Below are positions 22,616 to 34,324 of a stretch of 64,000 bases of DNA, piece after piece; positions within the stretch are counted from its first letter, which is position 1, and each line of letters starts with the position of its first letter. The notes below the pieces were generated by a model that was given only the letters and a program-made list of their open reading frames with translations, had not been told where the DNA came from and did not search any database. The DNA is from Oopsacas minuta (lineage: Eukaryota > Animalia > Porifera), in assembly GCA_024704765.1 (NCBI GenBank), contig JAKMXF010000111.1, positions 1,132,619 to 1,196,618 of the forward strand. The letters run 5' to 3'. The translations under genes and the position numbers were made by a program.

Positions 22616-23711
22616 TAGTGCAAGTTATTTATCTAGGGTGGTAAGAATATCGGAAATTTGCCAAGAGGCTATTTCCTATGTAATTATAATCTCTATCTAA
22701 GTTAAGTAAAGTGATATTTCTCCAAATATTCAGAGATTACACCCTTAACTACTTTTTTTGCAATTTTGAGCATATTAAATGGACGAATATTTGAGATATA
22801 ACCATTCAAAGTGGTTGAATTGTGGCATAATTAGTTTATGAATTATTAATGAAGTTACACATTGTATTACATTATGCTCTCAAAAGCAAATCTTGCCAAA
22901 ATTGTCAATCGTATAGTCTAAAAAATTTGGGTAGAGTTCATAAGAAGTAATTCAAGAAAAGTCCTGAGGTCATCTGGTAATATGTTCTGTATCACATGGC
23001 ATTAGTAGTTATGCGTGTCAGGTATAAATGCTAGGTGGTTGCATTGCATAAGCTTGGTTTAAAATAGATTCTAGATAATTATTGTCATGTGCTGAATATA
23101 TACAGACACAATTCTAATTATACACATTTGTAGCTACAGCATTTATTGATAATAATAACATTACTTAATGACTGAATTGCAAATTAAAATTATTAAAACA
23201 CGTGCTAGAGAAACATAGGTTCTACATCCATTTTACTTAATCCGTAGGATAAGTATATGGAAATTTACAAATTATCGCAATATCATCGCAATAACTTCCA
23301 AAATAATGATTATGTAGATCTGCATATTAAAATGACGTACATCCAATTGAATATCCATGAAGGAGATTGATCTTCGAAACACGATTATGAAATGAAGAAG
23401 ATTCACAGACTCAAAATGCTCACCCCTAGCGAAAAAAAATTAACCCAATATTTTTAAGATCAAAGTATTATTATTATTTAATTATAATTATATGTCAACA
23501 AGCATTCCATAAAGCATCATGAAAATACAGTGTTAGAATTGAGTAAATAATAAAACATATATATACCAATAGACATGACGTCACTAGTATAAAATGGTAC
23601 TCTATGGTACTATGACATTACAACACTACTACACTGATACAATTAATATGTATGTATTACTCTAGCAGGTCAGTAGGATAATTTACAGCTATATTTAGTT
23701 ATATTGCATCT

Positions 23712-24329
23712 TTAGGTGCAACAGCCGGACTTATCCTTGGCTGGTTCTGGTTGGATAGGAATGTTAGGTTCTAGCCCGATGTCACAGGAAGTCTTAGCGT
23801 CTTGTTCTAAAGCTTTTCTGGCAATAGCTTGGAAAGCTTGTTCCACGTTGATAGCCTCCTTAGCACTGGTTTCGAAGTAAGGAATGTTGTTCTTAGTCTC
23901 ACACCAGCCCTGAGCACGTCTGGTGGGTACTGCTCGGTTCTCTAGATCCACTTTGTTGCCTAGAACTACAAAGGGGAAGTTCTCAGGATCCCTGGGGCTA
24001 GCTTGAATCAAGAACTCATCTCTCCAGGAGTCGAGAGTCTTGAATGTGTTAGGTTGTGTTACGTCATATACAAGTACACAGCAGTCTGCACCACGATAAA
24101 AAGCCACACCCAGAGACTGGAACCGCTCCTGTCCAGCTGTATCCCAAATCTGCATAGTAACTAGACGGTCATCAATCATAACCTCCTTAGTGAGGAAATC
24201 AGCTCCTATTGTTGCCTTATACTGAGTAGTGAATCTCTTGTTCACGTATTGGTTCATCAGTGAGGTCTTACCTACACCTGAATCTCCTAATATGATTACC
24301 TTTAAAAGAACCTTTCTTCTTGCAGACAT
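23712..24329 (-). CDS. RAB7A: Ras-related protein Rab7
   Basis: [67 protein letters not shown]-terminal CC prenylation motif. Confidence 0.98.
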   Translation of the reverse strand: MSARRKVLLKVIILGDSGVGKTSLMNQYVNKRFTTQYKATIGADFLTKEVMIDDRLVTMQIWDTAGQERFQSLGVAFYRGADCCVLVYDVTQPNTFKTLDSWRDEFLIQASPRDPENFPFVVLGNKVDLENRAVPTRRAQGWCETKNNIPYFETSAKEAINVEQAFQAIARKALEQDAKTSCDIGLEPNIPIQPEPAKDKSGCCT

Positions 24330-25140
24330 TATGTATTAGTTTAGCTAGTGAATGTAATTAACTGAGGAATAATTATTAAATAATATAATTCAAGATATAT
24401 ATATAATCCATAAGCTAAGGTATGTAGCTTGCATAGATGTACTGCATACAGATATAAATGCAAAGCCTAAACATAGATATTGAATTTTGTAAAGTTTCTT
24501 ATTATTGAATTAATGTAAGGGAATCTAGTGATGGAGGAGGTAAATAGCCAGACATTTCATTACATATGTATAACCACCATGTTCCTAAATTAGATAAAGG
24601 CTCTTAGACAGAGCGAACATTGTATATATTTATGTAATCAGTGAGTGTTTAAGGGAGTATATGGCGTTTCACAGATAAATAATTTGGTAGAAATATTTTA
24701 GCTTTTAAGTTGGATCCAGTGGGATAGACAGGGTGGAGCAAACACATTGGTACATATTTGTGATGTATATAATATTATTTATATATATTTAGACTATAAC
24801 AAGTAAATACAGCGTATCTATTAGTCATCGTATATTGCATGAATTTTCCTTGATAAAACACGAATTGCTAATATTCGAACACCCTTGAAGATAGTTTCTT
24901 AAGAATACTCAAAGGTATAATGAGACGATGTGTTAGTGTGATTCGAATTATATATTGTAAATTTCTACATATAAACATTTAATAATTAAAGTGGTCTTAT
25001 GGTATTTACACACCTAGGAAAGTTCAAAAAATCTGTTAAACGATTAAGGTCGTATGGATGTAAGCTACTAGTTTGTTTTCTAATTGGATAAGAATAAAAT
25101 TAATATATTAAAACATTAAAATTGAGAAACAAACATGAAC

Positions 25141-25743
25141 TTACATGATGATATTCACATAAGTGACTTGTCTAGGAGACAGAGAAGAGACAGGTTGTGA
25201 GGCTGTAGTTTGACGTGACGTGACGTGTCTGGAGTAGAGAGCACGCATAGGTGAAGGGATATTATTACGTGATGCATAGGAGGAGAGAGAAGAACGAGCT
25301 AAGATGTCATGCTGTAGGAGACGCTGTGTTTCGTATGGGGTGTCTGAGTATCTAAGAGGGAGAGGAGAGCCCTTCAGATTACGAGAGTATCGGTTTGAAG
25401 TGTTGGATGCATGGAGGATATATGGAATGTGTTTTGATGTGAGCAGCTCAGGGGTGGGAGGTAAGGGGACAGATGAACCAACAGGATCCCCTTTCATGTA
25501 AAGCTTCGTACCTCTCGTACCTTCCATATCTGACATTGCTTTGAGCATTAGTTTATCGTATACTCGCTGAGTCCTGTTTTGTGAATACCATTTCTGGTGA
25601 GACGTCGGTTTTTCTACCTGGATTTGTCCGTATTTGGGTGCCACACGCGGTTTCCTTATTGACACAAGTCGCCCAGTATTCTCCGGCTTTTTCAAATACG
25701 CTGTGTTGATGAAATAGCAAGGAAACGTCCCTCCCAGGTACAT
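25141..25743 (-). CDS. Hypothetical basic S/R/P/Y-rich protein
   Basis: 200-aa ORF with higher GC than its flanks and genic-looking composition. No recognised domain. Confidence 0.5.
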   Translation of the reverse strand: MYLGGTFPCYFINTAYLKKPENTGRLVSIRKPRVAPKYGQIQVEKPTSHQKWYSQNRTQRVYDKLMLKAMSDMEGTRGTKLYMKGDPVGSSVPLPPTPELLTSKHIPYILHASNTSNRYSRNLKGSPLPLRYSDTPYETQRLLQHDILARSSLSSYASRNNIPSPMRALYSRHVTSRQTTASQPVSSLSPRQVTYVNIIM

Positions 25744-26336
25744 TCTAACGCCAAATTCATAAGTTATAATAAAGATTGAATAATTTCAAGACACTCATTA
25801 GCCTGTGCATAATACGAAGAAGATACAACAAATAATCGATTGCCAGAAGGAAGCATAAACGGTAAATGTACTGGTGCAGGATTCGATGAACAGATATATG
25901 CCTTCCAAATTTGATTATAACATTGAGTTGTAATTGAAAGCATTAGTTTTATGCCTAATTGAAGAGCATACAAAATTTTGTGGGCAGAGATAGCTATATT
26001 GTATTTCATTCTTATAGTGGCTGAAATAAGACATTATGTAAATGTGCAACCCCGTGATGCTGGGGGTAAGACTTTATAAACATGTGCTCTTGTTGACCAG
26101 AGAGTAGGTTACATAGTGAAATAACACTATCATAGTCTATGTAAGTTGTATCTATTAATGTGCTAATCTTAATACCTCATATTTGTATTCGGAATATCAC
26201 ATCCGGTTAATATTCTCATACAATTACGCAATATTGTAGGCGTATGTGGTTATGTTTCTATAATAGAAACGTCTTATAAAAAGCGAGAAACTGTAGAAGA
26301 GAAAGCAGCAATCTCTCCAGCTGCACTACACTCAAT

Positions 26337-28085
26337 ATGCTGGGGATTCTGAACCAATTCCATAGAAGGCCAATCTGTACATTCATTTTCAGAAATGGAA
26401 TCGCAATGCAAACACGAGATCTGTTAGCGAGTGATGAAAAGAACAGAAAAATAATTTCAGATAATAATATCAAGGATTCGATGCGTAAAAAGCAATTTAG
26501 TGAGATACTACGAGGATGGTTCGTATACAAATTATTCACATTTGATAAACTCGTAGAGAACAGTGATAACCTCACGAAGATTGCACAGAAAGTATTTGGC
26601 GCAAAATTATTCGAGAAGTTATTGAAAATGACCATATATGGTCATTTCGTAGCAGGTGAAGAGAAGAGTGAAGTAATGCAGTGTATATCTAAGCTCAGAG
26701 AAGGAGGTATCAAATGTGTGTTGGATTATTCTGCAGAAGAAGATGTATTAGATGAAGACAAGGTTTCACATGAGATTAGAGCTAAATTAAAGGTAGAATT
26801 TACGAGCTCTGGTCTGACTGAGGAAGATTTACAATCTTCTACAAAAGAGTTTCGAACCACTGAACAAGCTGGCGTATCTGTGAAGCAAGCTTCAGCAAGA
26901 ACATATTTCTACGAAAATGAAATAAAATGTGATAAAAACCGCGATATATTTATGGAATGCATCCGTCTGGCTGCAGCAAGCACTGAAAAGGGCAAAGGCT
27001 TCGCTGCCCTAAAAATAACAGCTCTCAGTAACCCAAATATGTTGCTAAAATTCAGCGAAAAATTTAAGTTGAGGCAGGATCTATTTTTCAAACTAGCAAC
27101 TGATAAAAACAGCAATTCTCTATATAGCCAACCAGCTCTCATAAGTCAAGAATCTTTCTCCAAAGGATTAGCTGACTTAGGTTTCACTATAACACAACAA
27201 ACTCAACAGGATATGTTTTCACAGCTAAAATATGAAAATGCATCTACCATTAATACGGGGATATGGCAAGACCTATATACAGAGGATACTGAACTGTATG
27301 AACTAATGAAATCACAGGAGAGTACCAAACACTATGCACCAGTTCTCAGACCTGTCAGAAAGGTAGAATATGGAAGAGCTATCGAGAGACTAATCACTCT
27401 AGCAGAATACAGTAAAGCTCTAAAGGTTAGATTAATGATAGATGCAGAACAATCCTATTTCCAGGATGCTATCAATTACATTACAGTACATTACCTTATG
27501 CCGAAATACAACCAGCAATTTCCTACCATATTCAATACGCATCAGTGCTATCTACGTAGATCCTACGAAAATGTACTCAATGACATAGAATACGCAGAGA
27601 TACGAGGGTTCAAATACGGTCTGAAGTTAGTCCGAGGAGCCTACATGGGCCAGGAGAGAACACGGTCTAGAGAGCTGAACTATCCTGATCCAATACTACC
27701 TAACATAGAAGCTACACACGAAATGTATCACACAGTGATGGAAATATGTTTGAATAAAGTTAAATTGAGGTTAGTCAATTTAATGATTGCGTCACATAAT
27801 AAGGATTCTGTTGAGAGAGCAGTTGAATTAATGAGGGATCTCTCAATATCCCCAAAAGATGGTGTAGCATTCGGACAGTTGCTTGGTATGTGTGACTATA
27901 TAAGTTTTCCTCTCGCACAATCAGGGTATCAAGTGTACAAATACACGCCTTATGGTCCTATTAAAGAGGTGATACCCTATCTAGCGAGACGAGCATTAGA
28001 GAACAGAGGGCTACTGAAAGGAGCTGATTTTGAGAGGAAAGTATTAGGAGAGGAGCTGAAACGTAGATTATTCACATGGTCTTAA
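26337..28085 (+). CDS. PRODH: Proline dehydrogenase, mitochondrial
   Basis: MTIYGHFVAGE, LDYSAEED, ARTYFYENEIKCDKN, LKITAL, LMIDAEQSYFQ, FNTHQCYL, KLVRGAYM, MIASHN, FGQLLGMCD, YKYTPYGP...YLARRALEN. Confidence 0.97.
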   Translation: MLGILNQFHRRPICTFIFRNGIAMQTRDLLASDEKNRKIISDNNIKDSMRKKQFSEILRGWFVYKLFTFDKLVENSDNLTKIAQKVFGAKLFEKLLKMTIYGHFVAGEEKSEVMQCISKLREGGIKCVLDYSAEEDVLDEDKVSHEIRAKLKVEFTSSGLTEEDLQSSTKEFRTTEQAGVSVKQASARTYFYENEIKCDKNRDIFMECIRLAAASTEKGKGFAALKITALSNPNMLLKFSEKFKLRQDLFFKLATDKNSNSLYSQPALISQESFSKGLADLGFTITQQTQQDMFSQLKYENASTINTGIWQDLYTEDTELYELMKSQESTKHYAPVLRPVRKVEYGRAIERLITLAEYSKALKVRLMIDAEQSYFQDAINYITVHYLMPKYNQQFPTIFNTHQCYLRRSYENVLNDIEYAEIRGFKYGLKLVRGAYMGQERTRSRELNYPDPILPNIEATHEMYHTVMEICLNKVKLRLVNLMIASHNKDSVERAVELMRDLSISPKDGVAFGQLLGMCDYISFPLAQSGYQVYKYTPYGPIKEVIPYLARRALENRGLLKGADFERKVLGEELKRRLFTWS

Positions 28086-28622
28086 TTATTAATGCTTAAC
28101 ATATATAATATAATGTATTATGTAATATCATATCTCATATAATAATCTATTATTCTGCATACGTACACATTAATTCCAGGATGTGATTGTCATTGTATGG
28201 TACAGAATATATCAAATACAGTATTTCCCTGAATAAGCATTGGGGGTTAAAAACGCTCCAAGACTTGTGAATAAAAGTTTATCGCCATAGAAGGATTTTT
28301 CGATGAAATTTACACTTCACTATGCGGCAAATTTGGATAATAATTTTCGCAAAAGAAGTAATTCAAAAATCGAAAAATTATTTAAACCAAAAACTGCGGA
28401 TGAAAATTATAAGAGCCGGGGCGATCATTCAGAGCAATACTACAACTACTGGATGTCATTGCCATTAAGATAGTAATAAACTCACTTGAGAGGAATAGCT
28501 ATGAATTAGTACATCTTTCCTTCACCAACTGTAATACCTGTGCTTAGCTGATATGAGTAGAAATTCAATATATCCCCTTAAACATAATGACCAAAATATC
28601 AAATAACAGATCAAGTTATAAT

Positions 28623-30518
28623 CTAATTTATGGTTTTAATCTGTTCCCATTCTAGTCTGAAAAAATTCCACAAAAATCTTCTGAACATTTCTCCAAACGC
28701 TAAAATAGTGTACAACAAATCTGCATCAACTCTAACTTGTATAGCGAGGCTGAGTTTAATTACAAAAATGAATCGAAGGATGAAATCAATTAAAACCGCG
28801 AAAAAATAGTAAATTTTAAATCTGTAATTTCTTCTCTTGCGTATACTAAACCATTTTCCTCCCTCCTTAAGCCCCCAGTCCTTAAACACATCCCATAAGA
28901 ACGTATATAAAGCATGAACCACACCAGCTACTAGCCATAAGTAAAGAAAGAAATTCTTATACAAATGCTCCACACCCAAATTATCCTGCGTTCTACTCAC
29001 GAGTGCAGCTAGGATAACAACAGGAAATGTAGTGACGTATTTTATACCGTTCCAAAAGTGCCAAATATCGTTGGTATCCCAGAAATTTCGCAGACACTGT
29101 AGAAGACGCCACATGGCAGGTAAGCAGGCTATCAGAGGTCTAATGAAACTTGTGTGAGAGGAACACGTGGTAGAGTTTAAGGGGGTGGAGAACTCAAAGA
29201 AACAGTAGCAGAAGAAATACTGAAAATCTAATAGAATAACCACCAGACTGTTCAGCTGATCTGCAAACCAGAAATCACCAAAATACACTGTATGTGCAGG
29301 AGATGTGATTATCCGTAAGAGTACACGCGCGAATGCAAATCTCGTAGACTTAGACCAGATAAACACTGGATTTAACATAAAGGCTAAATATAGACCCCAC
29401 AAGACCATAGCCAAGCCTTTGATGAAGTAGAAATCCCAAGAAAATTGTACACAAAAGGTGTAGAATATAGCTACCACGAACAAACACACACTGAACACAT
29501 TACACACATTCAACATGAATCGTAGAGTTGGTACTTTACCAGGACGTCCGAAATCAAAAATCTTAACATATTCTACTCCACTCTTAGTCCATACGATTAT
29601 ATTAATAACGATTAGGTATATAAATGCTAAGATAAAGACTGGCCCTCGAAAGAGACGGAAAGCTACTATCCACTTAGAAGTTTCATATCCCTTCAAGAAT
29701 GTGAAAGATATAAATAAGAGTGAAGTGATAAGGAAGAGAACAGAACAGCCTATATCTAGAAGGAAATATGCACGCGTATGCTTCTGTACACTTGGATTAT
29801 GCTCTTCACAGGTAGGACACCTCTGTATCTCAAGAGCTATCTTAGCAATCAGACTGTCTGTTGTTGATATAAGAAGAGAGGTTTGAGGCTGTTTGAAATA
29901 TTTGCTTTGTTTTATAAAAGTAGAGCATAGATTAGCTTCTTCATCTTCTGACAACTTTATAGAGAGAAATATTTGATTAGTTTTTCTCTTCTCTTGATAG
30001 AAATTTAGAAATGTCATTAACTTATCGATGTTATCGTTGTGAATAGAACTGATTTCTGTAAGTTTATCTCGCAGTTTGAGGCAAATAACTTTAAAATTTT
30101 TAAACTCTTCACAGAAATCTAGCTGAGTGGAGGTGAATTGGTTTTTGAAGATAGTTAACTGTTCAATTTCTACATACCCGTTAGCTGTAATATCAATTTT
30201 GCTATTTAATACCTGTAAATTTCCTTCTATGTTAGTAAGCATCTCATCACAGAGCAGAGATAAACGTTCAAATTCTGAGTCACAAACATCAAATACTCTC
30301 TCTATCTCGCTTTTACCAGGAGCAGTATACTTGAGAGTAGTTAGAGCATTATCATCGGTTAGTTTACTACTTCCCTGGATATCAGCAAGACGATCATATA
30401 ACCGTTCTTCTCTGATGTGAATATGATCCATATTTATATCTGGCATTTTTACTTTGAGTCCGTATTGGGTTGGATTAGAAATCAGCTGATCTGCTACAGT
30501 GATTTCTGCCATATTCAA
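28623..30518 (-). CDS. XPR1: XPR1-like SPX-EXS phosphate exporter with degenerate SPX domain
   Basis: EXS core: FGDFWFADQLNSL, WRLLQCLR, NGIKYVTTF, WDVFKDWGL, EMFRRFLWNFFRLE. N-terminal helical region only weakly SPX-like. Confidence 0.85.
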   Translation of the reverse strand: MNMAEITVADQLISNPTQYGLKVKMPDINMDHIHIREERLYDRLADIQGSSKLTDDNALTTLKYTAPGKSEIERVFDVCDSEFERLSLLCDEMLTNIEGNLQVLNSKIDITANGYVEIEQLTIFKNQFTSTQLDFCEEFKNFKVICLKLRDKLTEISSIHNDNIDKLMTFLNFYQEKRKTNQIFLSIKLSEDEEANLCSTFIKQSKYFKQPQTSLLISTTDSLIAKIALEIQRCPTCEEHNPSVQKHTRAYFLLDIGCSVLFLITSLLFISFTFLKGYETSKWIVAFRLFRGPVFILAFIYLIVINIIVWTKSGVEYVKIFDFGRPGKVPTLRFMLNVCNVFSVCLFVVAIFYTFCVQFSWDFYFIKGLAMVLWGLYLAFMLNPVFIWSKSTRFAFARVLLRIITSPAHTVYFGDFWFADQLNSLVVILLDFQYFFCYCFFEFSTPLNSTTCSSHTSFIRPLIACLPAMWRLLQCLRNFWDTNDIWHFWNGIKYVTTFPVVILAALVSRTQDNLGVEHLYKNFFLYLWLVAGVVHALYTFLWDVFKDWGLKEGGKWFSIRKRRNYRFKIYYFFAVLIDFILRFIFVIKLSLAIQVRVDADLLYTILAFGEMFRRFLWNFFRLEWEQIKTIN

Positions 30519-30558
30519 TACTATAGCAACTATAAAATGAATAAATTACAATTTCATA

Positions 30559-30718
30559 CAGTCAACTCCCGTCATATCGAAACTCAAGGAACCGCAAAAT
30601 TTACTAAGATATAACCGATTATATTTATGTTACTTTAACGGTTTGGACCATAATTTGTATTATTTCACACTTCGACATAAGTTGGTATTTAGCCGTGTTG
30701 ACATAACGGTGATGACTG
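30559..30718. mobile_element. pogo-type MITE 40 bp upstream of the XPR1-like start
   Basis: TA-CAGTCAACTCCCGTCATATCGAA ... ACATAACGGTGATGACTG-TA. Related sequence at about 18270-18350, 21950-22050 and 32766-32915. Confidence 0.7.
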
Positions 30719-30910
30719 TAATATAATGGCCAATTAAAATAAGACTGCAAGATAGATTGTATTTTAGATAATTCTTAAAATCAAACTGAAGTATAAATAT
30801 ACTCTGCTCCAAATGATAATGTCAATGACACAGTATAATGAGGAGGCGGTGACGTCACGTGGCATCCAATAGAGAGCCATAGCCAATGGCACAGGTAGGT
30901 TACTCGAGGG

Positions 30911-33760
30911 TCAGATTGTACAGATGGGTTGTAAGTTTTGATGACGTAATACCCCTACCCCACCCCCTAATCTCCTATATATCATACTAGCACAATATTT
31001 CCATTGTCCAGCGTGAACATCTAACCACTCTACACTCTTAAGGTACATAGATCCATCGAATCCTCCTACTGCATATAACTTCCCATTAGCTACTACTAAC
31101 CCCACTCCACTCCTCCTGGAGTTCATAGACACCACAGACTCCCATCTGTTGGCATTAGGGTTGTATCTCTCTACTGTATTGAGCTCTGTCGTGTCGTCAC
31201 GCCCTCCTACTGCATATATGTGTCCTTCTAGTACAGCAGCTCCTAGGTGCTTACGAGAAGTACTCATGGGAGCTACAAAGCTCCAAGTATTGGTAACAGG
31301 ATCATATCTCTCTACACTATTGAGAGGATTAGCTCCATCTGATCCTCCAATAGCGTACAGATACTCTCCGATCACTGCTAGAGATACTCCTAGTCTACGA
31401 GTGTTCAGAGGAGCAACCTATATCATAGACAAATATAATACATAACTGGTTGATAGGCAATTATGTAACCATGTAAGATATTACCTGCTCCCATACTCCT
31501 CCCATGGGGTCTAATCGCTCCACTACACTGAGACAAGATACACCGTCCTGTCCTCCTACTGCATACAACATCTTCTTGAGTACAGCTACACCCACACTGG
31601 TACGACACGTACTAGTAGGCGCTACTATTGTCAGCCACTGGGAAGTTTTGGGATCAAATCTCTCAACACTGTTCAAATAATTGTTACCATCATGTCCCCC
31701 TACTGCATACATACAATCTTCTACCACACCCACACCCACTCCACAACGACGCTTACTCATAGGCGATACAACCTAATAAGGATTAATAAGAATAAAGTAA
31801 TTATGAAATTATGACAATCATACACTAATTCATGAGATTAATGTCAAAGAAATAACTCAGAATTTTTAAAGATCAAATTAATATGATAGGTCTTCTATTT
31901 GTGCATCTTTTAAGGAAAATTTGAATCTCTATTTTAATTGATTATAAACTGCTAAAGTATGGGCACCTGTATAATCCGGAAGACCTCTATAATTCGACAG
32001 TGTTTCTGATCTAAAATAGTTTTCGACAATACAAATTCACCTACATAATTTGACAATTTGCTAAACCGACAAAAGTTTCATGTCCCTACGAGTGTCGGTT
32101 ATGCAGATTACACTGTAGCAAATACGGGGCGTAACTAGAAACCCGGAGCTAGGAACATGAATTATTATGTTTTACTCAATAAAGTGGCAATTACAGTAGG
32201 GAAATGAGGGCATCGGAGAAAAGCGAGTAGCCAATTGCTTCATATGCTTAAAAGCTAGTTAGACCTTGAAATAATGGTAACTATGAAGAAGTAAATAATG
32301 AAAGTAATAAATAAATAAAGCTACCTCCCACTCATCCTTCATTGCATTATACCTCTCAACAGTAGCAATAGCATCTCCTGAGCACCACCCTCCTACAGAA
32401 TATATCATCTCTCCGTATAGAATAGGATTCCTAGGTCGTGTCCTTGGTCCATCTAGCTTAGTTCTCATATCTGGTAGCAGTAGATAGTTCTTAGCCTCAT
32501 CCACGAGATCTCTACACTCTTCAAGAGACTTAATCAGTGTATTAGTACCTACTACGTTAACCAGGAAGGAGGGAGATACCAGAGGCAGACGTACATGTCT
32601 GAGGAGGTCTGTTAGATGGTGCTTACGTTCTTCTGCTTGATATGTTATCCATTTAATAAGTGACTCATAAACCTAGATTATTTGAAGGATAGATAATATC
32701 AAGCAATATTGTATTCTCAAAAATGGTCCCATATATATATATATATCCATATGTGCTATTAGATACAGTCAACTCCAGTTATATCGAAATATCCGCTTAT
32801 ATTGAAGCCTGTAATTGTACAAATGTAGTACCAAACTGGTACTACATCGTCAAAGTAACATAAATTATATGGGTTATATCGAAGTAATTATCGCGGTCCC
32901 TTGAGCTTCAATACTGCATTCAACCATGGATGGTAGATTTCGTTCATTTTATGTTCTATGCCTCCGTCCAATTGAGCGAGGAGAGCCTCAAAATGACCTA
33001 GAACGACATCCAAGCAGATGAACTAATCCATCATCCATGGTTAAATATCTAATAACCATATTGGGGAGGCCATTTTTATAGGGACCATTTTCGTCGTAAC
33101 AATATACTCAGTAAATAATCAATGTTACCTGTTCCTCTCCCTCTACATATAACTCATCAGACTGTAAGAGGTTAGACAGTTGGGTGTATGAGAGGTCTAA
33201 AAACTCTTCACAATTCAAAACCTCTAAATAATGCTTCATAGCGAACTCGTCTGCTGCTTGTACTAATTCACGACATGATAGAGTATCAGCAAACGCACTG
33301 AACCCAAGACAGTTATTGGAATCAATATGAGTCTTTAGGAACGTACAACAAGCCTCTTGAACTCCATCCATCTGTAGAAGACAAGCTGCAGTCAGCAGCT
33401 CCTGTACATTATGCTCATCTACTACAATGCGAGATGTGTAGCAGTACTCAACCTATCATAAATATACAGTTAACAGCCGTAATTATCACGGATAGCACTT
33501 AATTAACTCACAATTAGTCCTAGAGCTTTACTACTGACATTGTGTATACTGATAACAGTCTGAGACTTCTCTTCCATATTCATTGTGAACATAGCTTTGA
33601 AATAAGGACTGCTTCCGGCTAGAATTAGTCTATGAGCATGTTGAGGCGGTCCATCATTTGTTTGAAGAATAATGTCACATAATTGTTCTTGTTTCCATAA
33701 TTCGTAGAATATTTTGAATAAGTGTTGAGGTCTTTCTTTAGTGATGTGTTCTAGCACCAT
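30911..33760 (-). CDS. KLHL20: Kelch-like protein 20 (BTB-BACK-Kelch), 5 exons
   Basis: Exons complement(33512-33760, 33129-33452, 32325-32672, 31485-31772, 30911-31417), all phase-0 GT-AG, 1716 nt. Motifs [45 protein letters not shown]. Confidence 0.93.
32719..33093. mobile_element. Stack of nested MITE fragments in KLHL20 intron 2
   Basis: Outer inverted repeat AAAATGGTCCC/GGGACCATTTT, inner TA-CAGTCAACTCC element from 32766, inner AACCATGGATG/CATCCATGGTT pair (32922-33042). Confidence 0.55.
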
Positions 33761-34324
33761 TATTTGACTGAATAAGTTGGCTATTATATGTTAAGAATAT
33801 AATTAATTAATTAATTCACGAATTATGACTTTTATACTATTCCATTATGTGCTTATTACAAACGTAGGTTGTATCGAATAATTACATTTTTGAGGGAATT
33901 TGTATATCATAAGTTCATGAGTAGAAGGAATACAGCTGTAATTTAGCTCGTATTAATACAGTGTAGTAGAACATGCAAAATGTGTTGATAAATGAACTAA
34001 TTCTACAAGACAAAGAGCAATATTTTCGCATTGATTTAAGAAAATAAATAAATTCAGTTAAAAGTCGTCAATTATTTATAGCAGATAAATGCAATATTAA
34101 TAATGTGTAAATAATGATTAGGCCAAAAAGGAAATTAGCTAGATTATGCAAAGTTCATAATTACGAGTGATTTTAAGGTTAATTAATTAAATAAATTGTT
34201 GGAATGTAAAAAGTAAACCCAGGTAGCCATAAAGATTATCAGTAACGCCCTACAACAAATTCATATCAAATTTAATTCGTTTCTAACCTAAGAAATCTAT
34301 GATAAGTTCTCCTAATTCAACAAA

